From an uncultured virus (IMG/VR IMGVR_UViG_3300001682_000650) (taxonomy: Duplodnaviria > Heunggongvirae > Uroviricota > Caudoviricetes): DNA of 64,000 bases. The first letter of the stretch is position 1, and the number at the start of each line of letters is the position of its first letter. The stretch lies in IMG/VR virus record IMGVR_UViG_3300001682_000650; one strand, written 5' to 3'. Position numbers and translations under genes: made by a program. The notes under the pieces are model-generated. The model was not told the origin of the DNA. It saw nothing but the letters and a program-made list of their open reading frames with translations, and did no database searches. Positions 20,401 through 29,621 of this stretch are shown here, piece by piece.

Positions 20401-23400
20401 GCTGTAAGTGTTTTTGTCAGTTCTTCATATTCAGAACGTGCTATTCCTATGCGATCATCTAAGTCAATATTAAGCGGCTGACCATTTTTAATGGATTTTA
20501 TGAGTTCCGCCAGCATTACTTCCTGTAATGTATTGAAATCAACATCATTATCTGCATATTTGGTTAATGCATCTTCAATATTGCCTATGCCAAGTCTTGT
20601 CTCTGCTCTTGATTCAGCTTCTTCTATATCTTTTGTGATAGACCTGTAATCCTCTGAAGAAGTATCTGTAATCTGATCTCTTAGTTCTCTGAGCATTTGA
20701 ACATCAGTGTCAGACCCAGCAACATCATACAGCATGGATAAATAATTCTTTGCTCTTTCAATGATTTCTGATTTCGGTGTATTTTTAATGGCTTTAGGAT
20801 CTCCAAGGTAACGACTGAGCACAGTCGCACTTTCGACTGTAGCTATTGCCTCACTAAGCTCTTTCTCGTATTCTTTCAGTTTACCTATTTGACCAGTAGC
20901 ACCTTCTGAATTTGTTACAAGCCTTACATCTTTATCGCTGTTGAATAAATCTTCACCAAACGAAGCAAGCTGTCCTGAATACTTCATGAGTCTTCTTCTT
21001 GCGTTAGATATTTCATTACGAGATAACTTTTCCCCGCCCAACAGCTTCTTTACCAACTTTGTAAGAGGGTTGGCATCAATTATATTGAAGCCGACATTAT
21101 TTGACTCAGCAGTATACTCACCTATCTGTTCAGTATCAGTTTGCAGGCTATACAAAGCAAGCAAAGCTCTCTCTACATTCTCGTCGTTCATTTCCAGGTA
21201 ACCCCTGACGGTGGTTGGTCTTGGTGTATTTTGTGAGGTTTCAGACAGTTTATCAAGAGGTATCCCAGTAAGATTGAAATACTTTTCTCTGGCTTTATCA
21301 TATGCAGTTGTGGCCTTTTCAATCTTTTTTTCCTGATCCATTAGAGATTTCTGTGTTTCAAACCTTCTACCTACAGCCTCCTGCATACGGTCTTTCCATG
21401 GCTGTATCATCCTGTCTCTTTCTTCTGCAAGGATTTTTGAGTTGAAAGAATCGATCGCTTTCCCGCCCAAATTCCTTATGCCGTAGCCTATCAAGATATT
21501 GACAAGAGATTTGAATATAGTAGCAACAGCACTGGCATTATCGTGTACAGCTCTCAACATGGTCATGATAGTGTCAACCACAAGATTAACTTCATCTGAG
21601 AAGTTTGACATTACCTCGTCTATAGTGATGCCCCACATTACGGGTATCTGTTGTATTCTTTTTGCTTGCGTTTCGTTTAGAGCAATTATGTCTTGGTTCA
21701 TTTTCTCATCTGAAGATGATCTTATTGCCTCTGCCCAGTTTGTGAATATTGCCCCATCTTCACCTGCATACTCTGGCCACTTATCTGAGAATTCCTTTAT
21801 TACTGATGTTAATGCTTCAAACGCACCAGAATATCTTCCGGTTAGCTTAACAAGTAGAGCATCGGCTTCTTGTGCGTCAGTTTTTCTTAACTCTGGCAGA
21901 GCATCGAGAAAATCAACCAAAACCTTTACCTGGTTTTTGGCTACATTTTGAACTATTCCAGTGGTGGGGTCTTGTACCCTCGTATATGGTCTCAGATACT
22001 CAAGCTCAGGTCTTCCCTCTATAATTCTGTCAAATACTTTATGTACTTCTGGGCTTCTAAGGGCACGGAAAATCTGCTCATATGCCCTGCCAGTTTCAGA
22101 CCCTGTTCTGCTCGTAGCTTCCTCGAAAAGACTTATAAGCGGAAGGGCATATGAAAATGTTATCTCTTTTTCAAGATTATCATACTCTGCAAGTAACCTC
22201 TTCTTGGTCTCCTCGTCTATTTCTTTTGCGATCTGTTTTCTTAATGCTTCAAGTTCTGGATGATCCATTGTCCCGCCCGTCATTGCCTGACGAAGAGACG
22301 GACCGCCACGTACTAAGCCGGACAGTATATCTTGCGATGAAGCAGATACCTGTGTTCCTGCTGAGTATATCATTGAAGCATATTTACCAATATCGAAACC
22401 AGACACGCCCCATATTACAGACAAGCTCTGTAGTTTTTTGGCAACATCTTCTGGAGTACCTACATCTGGCTCTGCGGCATATAATTTCGTTGCCGCTTCT
22501 GTCAACGCAAGCGCTTCATACGGATTTCTCGTACTCCGTGAAGCATATTGGAACATTTCCCCAACACTCTCTTGTGGGATAATGTACCTCAAAGCAAGTG
22601 ATTGAATATCTTTCTTTAGACCACCGCTGATTAACCGACTAATCTCACTGTACTCTCTTTCTTTTGCATCACTCTCTGACAGGTTTTGCAGGTAATCATA
22701 CTGTTTCTGTAAGCCAAGTTCAAATATCTTCTCTATACGACTGTCAGTATAGCTTCTGTTCTCTTCAACAGTAAGACCACGAAGGTTATTTGCGACTTTT
22801 GTAAGTGCTAACTCAAGCTGTTTAGATGACTGCCACCCTTGTTGCATGGCACCCATAGGTGCTCTAAGTAAAGTACCTGCCATGATGTATCTCACTGTGC
22901 TCAGTATAGAGTTCAACAACTTACTGTTATTTCCACCTTGACCCACACCACCTGCACGTTGATACAGATCCGATAAGCTAATGTCATTGCCAACTCGATA
23001 GGGGATCTGTAATGACACATTTCCTCTCGGCATTTCTGTAGAAGCACCAAATGACTTAATAATTCTTGTTTTCGAAGGTTGCTCTCTTTTAACATCTGTT
23101 GGAATATAGTTGAATCCGACAGGAGCTACTTTCATTGCTTTTATTTCTTTTTCTATGTGGCTAAACTGCTTCTGCATGATTTCTTTGATTTTGTTAATGA
23201 TTACTGTCTGTACAGTTCCGATCCTCTCCACCATATAGTCAACAGGAGAGTTATCATATACGACCTTTATGTTTTTGATTGAATCTCTGTACTGTGAAAT
23301 TAAGTCAGTTTGGTTTGCCCTTGTTTTCTCATAGAATAATGCTGACATGTCATAGATGCTTGTTTCCATCATGTGAGAAATAAGTTCTGGACCAGCCAAC

Positions 23401-26400
23401 CTCGGATTTTTCTTCACATATTCACTGATAGACAGGTTAGCTTTCTGAGCCAGAGAAGCTTTAACCGATTTTGGGAGTGCCACAGTACTGATATCAAACG
23501 AAGGAGCAACTACCTGGCTGGCAAGGCTATCCACGAATCCGTCAACAAAACCGGACACCATTTTAGACAGAGCAGAAATTATCTTATTGGTAGTCTTCTT
23601 AGGTATTTGGAGTTTTGTAGGGTCTATTGACCCAGAGATATGAGACTCTATAACAGTGCTCGCATTTTCAAGTAACTTCTTGATGGCGTTACCGAACGGC
23701 TCAGATACATCCTTCAGGTTTGTGATTTTAACACTACCTATCTGAGCGTCCAAGCTATCAAGTTGTTCTTGAGTCAGCTTGATGTTCAAGGTTTCAGCGT
23801 CAACATTTACTATTTTTGCTGATAGCTCACGCAATGAGTTTACAAACTCTACTATCTTTTCGTTGACAGCGTTCATTACAATAGTTGACGCTGTTACACC
23901 GTTTTCAGCGTTACGGAACTCTTGTCTGAGTTCTTCGAGAGTAGAGTTCAACTCACTGACAGGGAGGTTGACCTCTAAAGCTTTCGCCGCAGCGTCTATT
24001 CTATCCAATTCCTTAGCAAATGCTTCTACAGACGCCTTGAACCCAACAGCACCTGAACGCTTCAGTGCATTGTTAACTGCGTCAAAGCTTTTACCAAGAT
24101 TGCTTATGCCCTTCTGCATAGGTAGCAGTTTTGAGTCGAGCACTGTCTTTTTAACTTCTAAAATATTTCTAAGCGCCGCACCAATATCTGAAAAGTTTTT
24201 ACCAAGTTCCTTGATGTTACTTCTGATATCAGCAAATACTTCCGTTGGAATATCTCCACCTTTGGACTTTGTAATCGAACCGATCTGGCCGGCTGTTTCA
24301 GAGAACTTGACAACAATATCCTTAATAATAGCAATAGATGTTTCCTGTAATGTGTTTATGCTGGCAGATATCGCAGAAGTATCAAGCGCAGCTTTGTCTG
24401 GTTTAATACTGGACACATTAAGAAGTTTGGTAAGATCTTCAATTACACCGTTCAGTGACTTAACCAAGTTAACGGATATCTTGGTCTTCAGATTACCAAT
24501 ACTCTTTTCAATCTTTTTAACGTCAACGTCGTCTTTAAAAGAGTTGTCAAGTAAAGCGGATATGTTGTTTGTAACAGCAGTAATTTGGTTAACGATTTTC
24601 TCCTGTATTGACTTAACAATCGATTCTGACAAGTTGCTACCTGAAATAGTTTTATGGATCTCTTCTTTGGAAACGGATGTCCATTTCTTACCTTCAAATT
24701 TGTTTAACAGATCTGACTCGCCTTTGAGTATCTCTGCCAGCCTTTTCTCCTTCCTGATATAATAATCTGTACTGTTCTGAGAGATATCATAAAATTTTTT
24801 GAATGTGTCCAAAGACGACAGATCGCCAGAAGGTATTATACCTTCTAGTTTGTAATCTTTATAATCTTTTCTAAATGCTTCGAGCTTTAACGCTTCCTTA
24901 ATAGGCGTGTCAAACTCTAATTTATTTCTACCTAGAACAGTTCTTAGGTTTCTTCTGGCTTCTGCTTCTTGCCTTATCCGATGATTTATGTATTTTTCAA
25001 CATCCTCGAAACTGCCCTTTCCTTCTCTAATGTCTCGAAGTATATTAATATGCCCTATATTTTCTTCATTTAATGTGTTAAGTATTTGTTTCTTGTACAT
25101 TTCTTGATATTTCTTAATATCAAATTCCCCGCCACCTGCACCACCAGCAGACGCAATCTCTTCTCCTATATGCTCAAGGGATTCTTTAAAATAATCAACA
25201 GCAACACGCAACTGCCTCATTGTATTAGTGCCTACGTTATTTAGGGCTCCGTTAATATCCATGAAGATATTACCGAGCTTATTCAATTCTTTTTGGAAAG
25301 GAAGCAGTTGAGATGTAATTGAGCCTTTGTCCATGCTGGCTATGCTATCAATTACCTTTGCAACATCATTGAACTTTTTATTGAGGGATGAGAGCTTCTT
25401 TGAAAAGTCCCCAGAATTAGGAAGACTTCCTGATTTAATATTACCAAGAGCTTCTGTAATGTCAACGAAACCATTACCGATTTCTGCAATAGCTTTTTGC
25501 AGAGGAAGTAATGTTGAATTTATAGATGTCCTTTCCTCAGACAATATGGTGCTTAATGCGTTCGAAAGTTTTTTAAATGAGGCATACAGAGCTTTAACCC
25601 TGTCTTTAATACCTCTCATGGTGTCAAGGTTTGTACTTGCAAGTGCTTCTTCAAGTTCCTTCATTATTTTAGCAGAGACACTTTCTACTATATTTTTCTT
25701 AGATACTTTTGTCTTCCCGCCCTTAATATCAATACTCGCTATTTCTTCAGCAACGGTGGCAAGCTTCTGCATGAAAGCATCAACAGATTTTTGAAGCTTT
25801 TCAAGCGATTCTGTTGACACGCTGTCATTTATCTCATCAATGACATTTGAAAGTTTTTCAAATCCGATACCTTCTCCTTGCATCTTAGCCTTAATTTGCT
25901 CAAGCCCACCTATGCTTACGTTATCAAGAAGTTCTGATAGAGACTTTGAGACCCTCTCTACAAAACGGTCTGTTACATCTTTAGGAACAATGGTTTTGTC
26001 CCTTTTCACTGTGTCCCGTCTGGACAATGCTTTTTCTGTTCTGTTATATTCTGCTTTGAGCGCTTTCAGCTTCGTATCCGCATCTTTGATTGAGATCGCT
26101 AATTTTTGTGTCGCTTCATCATTGCCCAAACCTTTAACAATTTTTAGACCTTCTGTCTGTTGTTTCAGAAGTTCCTCAGTGGCATCAATATCAGCTTGGA
26201 TATCCTCAAGTTTTCTTAACTTAGTCGGCTGTTTTGCCTTTTTTTTCGTTGGTTTATCATCGCTAAGTGATAATATGTTGAAACTATCCATGTAATCGAA
26301 CATGGACTTACGTATTGCTGTTTTTATCTCATCAATCTTATTGTTAAGTTCAGTAATATCAAATGAAGGCATGTCTGAAATAGTCTTAAGATCGATGTCT

Positions 26401-27416
26401 ACGATTAAGCTTGCAAATTTCTTCTGTGCCTCTTTCCATATACCATCGAATGCTTCTTTAGACAACTTAAGCCCGCCAGAGGTAGGTGAGCCTTCATACT
26501 CAATTTCGAACCCTTTTGAGATTATTTCAGACACTCTGTTACTTAAAGATGATTTGATTTTTTCAAGAGCGTCTTTGCCTAATTTTACATTAAGAGAACC
26601 CTTAGTTATTTGTATTTCAAGGCTCTCAACAACAGCAGACTTAATCTGTTTCCGAATATTTTCTATTGCTTTTGTGGATAGGTCAGAAATAGGTGAGCTG
26701 TTCTCATGAAACTTGAGAATTCTTTCATACTCTTCAAGCTGTTTAACAATAGAAGCGCTAAAGCTTTTAATTCTTTCATTAACAGATTCTTTGAGTTTAT
26801 GCAGGTCATCTGCAAAAGTCTTTCCTTCTGGCAGTACAGACACTTCTCCAGTAACTTTAGATACTACATCTTGAATTGCCTTAACTTTCTCTGCGTATTG
26901 TTTTGTATTATCAGACAATACTGCCTCAAATGAAGACTTAATAGAGCTACTTACCTGTGCGTATTCATTTTTAGTTTTACTCGGGAGGTCTGTGAGTATG
27001 TCAAATGTATTTGAAAAATTCTTTTTAATATCTGTAAAGAACTTCTTTGTTGAGTTCTTTATAGCTCTTTCAGCTTCAGTAATATCTCCTTCTTGGAACA
27101 AAGCCTTACGAAAATCAAGCCCATTCACATAGTCAGTGATAGCTCTGTTTATTTCACTTTGAATGACAGACATTACTTTTGTGTCAATGGCTTCTGTTGT
27201 GGCATTATCCCGCCCGATACTTTTCGATAGAGCATCAAAGCTCTTCTTGATCTTTTCTTCAAGGCTGGTGGTATTATTAGACCACTTAACAAATTCAGTA
27301 TTAAGCTTAGCAACTTTATCGGCAAATTCTTGTAAACTCGATAACCCAGAACTAAACTCTATGTCAACATCAGCATTTAGATTGTGCTGTACGTTTTCGT
27401 CTGCCAAACAAATCAA
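17433..27416 (-). CDS. tail tape measure protein
   Basis: 3327 aa, helical/coiled-coil composition, directly after the tail chaperone pair; TMP-like core about 1500-1950 aa; hydrophobic segments. Confidence 0.9.
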   Translation of the reverse strand: MICLADENVQHNLNADVDIEFSSGLSSLQEFADKVAKLNTEFVKWSNNTTSLEEKIKKSFDALSKSIGRDNATTEAIDTKVMSVIQSEINRAITDYVNGLDFRKALFQEGDITEAERAIKNSTKKFFTDIKKNFSNTFDILTDLPSKTKNEYAQVSSSIKSSFEAVLSDNTKQYAEKVKAIQDVVSKVTGEVSVLPEGKTFADDLHKLKESVNERIKSFSASIVKQLEEYERILKFHENSSPISDLSTKAIENIRKQIKSAVVESLEIQITKGSLNVKLGKDALEKIKSSLSNRVSEIISKGFEIEYEGSPTSGGLKLSKEAFDGIWKEAQKKFASLIVDIDLKTISDMPSFDITELNNKIDEIKTAIRKSMFDYMDSFNILSLSDDKPTKKKAKQPTKLRKLEDIQADIDATEELLKQQTEGLKIVKGLGNDEATQKLAISIKDADTKLKALKAEYNRTEKALSRRDTVKRDKTIVPKDVTDRFVERVSKSLSELLDNVSIGGLEQIKAKMQGEGIGFEKLSNVIDEINDSVSTESLEKLQKSVDAFMQKLATVAEEIASIDIKGGKTKVSKKNIVESVSAKIMKELEEALASTNLDTMRGIKDRVKALYASFKKLSNALSTILSEERTSINSTLLPLQKAIAEIGNGFVDITEALGNIKSGSLPNSGDFSKKLSSLNKKFNDVAKVIDSIASMDKGSITSQLLPFQKELNKLGNIFMDINGALNNVGTNTMRQLRVAVDYFKESLEHIGEEIASAGGAGGGEFDIKKYQEMYKKQILNTLNEENIGHINILRDIREGKGSFEDVEKYINHRIRQEAEARRNLRTVLGRNKLEFDTPIKEALKLEAFRKDYKDYKLEGIIPSGDLSSLDTFKKFYDISQNSTDYYIRKEKRLAEILKGESDLLNKFEGKKWTSVSKEEIHKTISGSNLSESIVKSIQEKIVNQITAVTNNISALLDNSFKDDVDVKKIEKSIGNLKTKISVNLVKSLNGVIEDLTKLLNVSSIKPDKAALDTSAISASINTLQETSIAIIKDIVVKFSETAGQIGSITKSKGGDIPTEVFADIRSNIKELGKNFSDIGAALRNILEVKKTVLDSKLLPMQKGISNLGKSFDAVNNALKRSGAVGFKASVEAFAKELDRIDAAAKALEVNLPVSELNSTLEELRQEFRNAENGVTASTIVMNAVNEKIVEFVNSLRELSAKIVNVDAETLNIKLTQEQLDSLDAQIGSVKITNLKDVSEPFGNAIKKLLENASTVIESHISGSIDPTKLQIPKKTTNKIISALSKMVSGFVDGFVDSLASQVVAPSFDISTVALPKSVKASLAQKANLSISEYVKKNPRLAGPELISHMMETSIYDMSALFYEKTRANQTDLISQYRDSIKNIKVVYDNSPVDYMVERIGTVQTVIINKIKEIMQKQFSHIEKEIKAMKVAPVGFNYIPTDVKREQPSKTRIIKSFGASTEMPRGNVSLQIPYRVGNDISLSDLYQRAGGVGQGGNNSKLLNSILSTVRYIMAGTLLRAPMGAMQQGWQSSKQLELALTKVANNLRGLTVEENRSYTDSRIEKIFELGLQKQYDYLQNLSESDAKEREYSEISRLISGGLKKDIQSLALRYIIPQESVGEMFQYASRSTRNPYEALALTEAATKLYAAEPDVGTPEDVAKKLQSLSVIWGVSGFDIGKYASMIYSAGTQVSASSQDILSGLVRGGPSLRQAMTGGTMDHPELEALRKQIAKEIDEETKKRLLAEYDNLEKEITFSYALPLISLFEEATSRTGSETGRAYEQIFRALRSPEVHKVFDRIIEGRPELEYLRPYTRVQDPTTGIVQNVAKNQVKVLVDFLDALPELRKTDAQEADALLVKLTGRYSGAFEALTSVIKEFSDKWPEYAGEDGAIFTNWAEAIRSSSDEKMNQDIIALNETQAKRIQQIPVMWGITIDEVMSNFSDEVNLVVDTIMTMLRAVHDNASAVATIFKSLVNILIGYGIRNLGGKAIDSFNSKILAEERDRMIQPWKDRMQEAVGRRFETQKSLMDQEKKIEKATTAYDKAREKYFNLTGIPLDKLSETSQNTPRPTTVRGYLEMNDENVERALLALYSLQTDTEQIGEYTAESNNVGFNIIDANPLTKLVKKLLGGEKLSRNEISNARRRLMKYSGQLASFGEDLFNSDKDVRLVTNSEGATGQIGKLKEYEKELSEAIATVESATVLSRYLGDPKAIKNTPKSEIIERAKNYLSMLYDVAGSDTDVQMLRELRDQITDTSSEDYRSITKDIEEAESRAETRLGIGNIEDALTKYADNDVDFNTLQEVMLAELIKSIKNGQPLNIDLDDRIGIARSEYEELTKTLTAYERQYGSDSSEASLARRKRDVVGRRIELLESGRLSNSDISELETQLKEASRVSLNPENLEDNKFTLERLRDQIAILEDEAEQALRKSNQALDTYSEVVKRKADMIKTLTEVDTEMVSIEQTINNIVSAYADMGASVTKGSKSGTTRGGIKNIFEATKLKEKTSSTKESFVKTLRHYGINMIPSEIVSVLNSGDSEKIKSRFGAVAPIVEKAWELINDADSKAERYVKNMTRQSEIEQRINKLKDSSGIPFMDTGDIDKEAVKKNVADKYKAVGKLVDEESIMAEVNEQLKSMSESSSGIELKKLSVELANLRREADKLATSSRTAASAQAELSEAQMRANAEFEAGGSSEDYIKKTKEAQEFKDKGIGSSILTSIFAGLKGMLINWAIGAITTFITSTVAEAVQPKDIKARRAYETAKEMAVLMDTDKEWQKAWERIKAFFAPGGKYSIVDFIESILGIDLYPKSTAKQAIAYAQSPEEREAIVKKYLEEYYKASKETNISETRMNTLAEKMIIDAFSSKGTDAESFAASLEAIQTAIEYWESWLSTLTAMNDTELIAERLDATLVGLSANSDKMINIEKEFAKKQLAHYEEALSGIEAMIYQSELVLAGGAEKVQQLANEAGVPFDVMLNKIKNDPEFKMKKADSEIMKILESERNSIVKAIAGYRETLENVFTEFSKHLSYISEVLSSETAKAEAIASQNRLTRWGLGIADYSATAVNQEIQALHDKALADKKAADTARKEFETMIRPVIDKEVVRINREIYNGLMSGGAFDSEKLLTDLEAVIETRRIREAEVLQLESSANASMLQYRKSLEEMPYVASETVMNMAAGRADAEARIAIAQAQLRGLGEDSLYERLITRRKLEEQNVAFSVRIRDLEKIISEGSPNSEKYQLEILDLLAKQNENLVAIRKLNENRVSFGLPDGLRVITYNDILQATATDRTLSGQRGNINVSVTFDHANFADPNSISRVERDLTDAINRAVNRAIR

Positions 27417-27447
27417 CCCCTTTAATAAAAAATCCCGTACCTACATT

Positions 27448-27477
27448 TAGAGTAGGTACAGGAATCTATTGTGTAAC
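27448..27477 (-). promoter_or_regulatory. putative phage late promoter (GTTAC-N15-ACCTACTCTA)
   Basis: conserved bipartite motif upstream of the tape measure gene. Confidence 0.7.
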
Positions 27478-27785
27478 TATACCAACGCCATATCATTTAT
27501 AAACTGAAGATCATCATCGGTTATCTCTGTACTTTCAGTCTTCTCACTACCGCCAAACCCGCCCAAGAATGCTTTGATTGGAGCCATAGATGCCTCAATC
27601 TCAAAACGTATATTTTTTTGTGCTTTTTTAAGTAACTCTGTTATCTGCGGAAGGGTATAGTTGTATATCTCCCACTTATTCAAGTTACAGTGTTTGTGTA
27701 GCATGAAGAATAAGTCGCCCCAGTCAAGGTTTTCATTTGTCTCATTATCTACTATTCCGCTACCTGCTGAGGCTTCGACTTTTTT
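27477..27785 (-). CDS. tail assembly chaperone, C-terminal frameshift extension (gpGT-like)
   Basis: the -1 frame from AAAAAAG (27785-27779) is open as VEASAGSGIVDNETNENLDWGDLFF and continues into ORF 27477..27704. Confidence 0.8.
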   Translation of the reverse strand, partial: KKVEASAGSGIVDNETNENLDWGDLFFMLHKHCNLNKWEIYNYTLPQITELLKKAQKNIRFEIEASMAPIKAFLGGFGGSEKTESTEITDDDLQFINDMALV

Positions 27786-28138
27786 AACCCATTGAGCCCT
27801 ATCAGTATCTCGATTATCTTAGAAGCAGTCACAATATCCACATAGTTCTCAAGGTATTCTCTGTCCACTTCTGGATAGTTGCAGAAGGCTATTTGTAATG
27901 CCTCAAATAAGTCATTCTCTTTCTGTTCGTCTTCCCCTGTCGACGAGAAATTGAGAATGATAGCGTCAATATTGATCGTCTTCAATAACTGCATTAATCT
28001 TCTAGCGTTTTTAAGATTAGCGGGAGGGATCTTATATACCTTCCCGTCCCTCAGTTTTATAGATTCGTCATCCTCGAAAAATACCGATTCAATCCTATCA
28101 GCTTCTTCTTTTGTTAGTACTACTTTTTCATCTGACAT
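27752..28138 (-). CDS. tail assembly chaperone (gpG-like)
   Basis: 128 aa between tail tube and tape measure; ends GLKKS at the slippery site TTA AAA AAG. Confidence 0.8.
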   Translation of the reverse strand: MSDEKVVLTKEEADRIESVFFEDDESIKLRDGKVYKIPPANLKNARRLMQLLKTINIDAIILNFSSTGEDEQKENDLFEALQIAFCNYPEVDREYLENYVDIVTASKIIEILIGLNGLKKSKPQQVAE

Positions 28139-28170
28139 AAAAAAATCCTACCTTTCATTACTTGATACTT

Positions 28171-28200
28171 TAGGGTAGGCAGATAGGAAAAAGGCTTACC
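28171..28200 (-). promoter_or_regulatory. putative phage late promoter (GGTAA-N15-GCCTACCCTA)
   Basis: conserved proximal element upstream of the tail chaperone. Confidence 0.6.
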
Positions 28201-28220
28201 GCATTACACGGCAAGCCTTT
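28187..28220 (-). terminator. intrinsic terminator after the major tail gene
   Basis: minus strand AAGGCTTGCCGTG-TAAT-GCGGTAAGCCTT followed by a T-run. Confidence 0.7.
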
Positions 28221-28254
28221 ATATAGTACAGGTGGTAGGGAGCCTGTATTATAC

Positions 28255-29094
28255 TTACATGCACGGAGGAGCCGCAGTTACGAACCTCTTCATAGTCCAC
28301 AATCTGCAAGTACCGTCTTCAGGATCCAGCATATTGAGTGTAATAACAGGAGCACTGGCAGTTGCCCTTGCATAGTCAAGAGTGAACGTACCACTTGCTT
28401 TAGCGAGTTTGATTTCAGTTTCGATACCATGCCACGTATCATCCTTTTGCTTAAAGTTACCCTGATGAATAATCTTAACAGCGACAGGAAGGTCAGTTTT
28501 CTTACCCTCAGCAATGGACATGTCTGTGGTAGCTTTTTTGAAGCTGTACATAACCATTTTGCCTTCCATAGTAGAATCGAACTCGATTACTCTGCCGGTT
28601 ACTACGCTCTCGCCGTCCACTGTTTCAGTAACAGCATACTTACCTTCGGCAACAGCGGCTGCTTCGGTCAAAACTTCACCAGTAGCCATTTCCATAACAG
28701 TGAATTCAGGTTCAGAGAACGGAGTACCGTCTGCAAAAATGTCAACCACATACTTGAAGTCAGGGCTTGTTCCTGTTTTCTTAACGGTTCCGACTTTGTT
28801 AAGAACCCAGGTATATGAATCGTCAGATCCGGCAGATCCTACAGTAGCTCCAGTAGCAAGTCTGAGCATATTCAGATCAAACTTAGCATTAGTGGCAGTT
28901 ACGGATACATTCTTGTCTCTCGTAACATAATCAATTGGAAACAGACCGTCTCCTCCGTAAACAGGATCTTCTGTAACTGCGAAGTCAAATCTAAGGCTTT
29001 GCAGAGATCCGATTGGAGCCACCTTACCATTTGCTCCCACTGTAAGAACACTACCTACACCATTTATGATTATGCTCTTGTTTTCCTTTCCCAT
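28255..29094 (-). CDS. major tail (tube) protein
   Basis: 279 aa; position after the tail terminator; 'GSLQSLRFDFAVTEDPVYGGDGLFP' tube-like motif; strong SD AAGGAGA. Confidence 0.8.
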   Translation of the reverse strand: MGKENKSIIINGVGSVLTVGANGKVAPIGSLQSLRFDFAVTEDPVYGGDGLFPIDYVTRDKNVSVTATNAKFDLNMLRLATGATVGSAGSDDSYTWVLNKVGTVKKTGTSPDFKYVVDIFADGTPFSEPEFTVMEMATGEVLTEAAAVAEGKYAVTETVDGESVVTGRVIEFDSTMEGKMVMYSFKKATTDMSIAEGKKTDLPVAVKIIHQGNFKQKDDTWHGIETEIKLAKASGTFTLDYARATASAPVITLNMLDPEDGTCRLWTMKRFVTAAPPCM

Positions 29095-29141
29095 GAAATC
29101 TATCTCCTTTCAATAGCATTGTCTGTGATAAAACTCTGCTA

Positions 29142-29171
29142 TAGAGTAGACAGAACATGGATTTTCGTAAC
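29142..29171 (-). promoter_or_regulatory. putative phage late promoter (GTTAC-N15-GTCTACTCTA)
   Basis: conserved bipartite motif upstream of the major tail gene. Confidence 0.7.
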
Positions 29172-29174
29172 AGG

Positions 29175-29621
29175 TCACCCTTCAGAGTTAGAAAAGGAAA
29201 CCTCTATGGTAAAGCAATACACATTCTCTAAATTAGAATTACTCTCATGTGCGTCTATTATTGTAGCTGAAGACCCGCCCACGCCAGTAAAATTTAAACA
29301 CCCTGTTAGTAAAACACATAGTCTCTCAGCTATCTGGTGGGCGAGATTTACGTTATCTCTTGTGTAGATATCAAAAAAGAACACAGGACAAAACACATCA
29401 AGATTAACGTAATCTGTACTACCGCCTGGTGTATAGAACGATATTATAGGTAAGTTATCTGCCAATTGCTGTGGTTTGCTCTGTTTCTGGAACTTACGCC
29501 CTTTTTGTGCGTATGTAGAGTCTGTCTGTAAACCAACATAGCCAAGAATCTCAGAGTCACTTGAAATCATCTTATATATTCCGTTATATAGGCTAATGAT
29601 TGTCAATCCATTATTAGACAT
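29175..29621 (-). CDS. tail completion/terminator protein
   Basis: 148 aa; synteny; 'LPIISFY...FFFDIYT....A.QIAERL..LL' pattern. Confidence 0.65.
   Translation of the reverse strand: MSNNGLTIISLYNGIYKMISSDSEILGYVGLQTDSTYAQKGRKFQKQSKPQQLADNLPIISFYTPGGSTDYVNLDVFCPVFFFDIYTRDNVNLAHQIAERLCVLLTGCLNFTGVGGSSATIIDAHESNSNLENVYCFTIEVSFSNSEG

Noticed and set aside
18349..27450. Many plus-strand ORFs (up to 327 aa) opposite the tape measure gene
   Set aside because: Antisense shadows of a long coding strand; Ser/Leu/Phe-rich, no SD, no motifs
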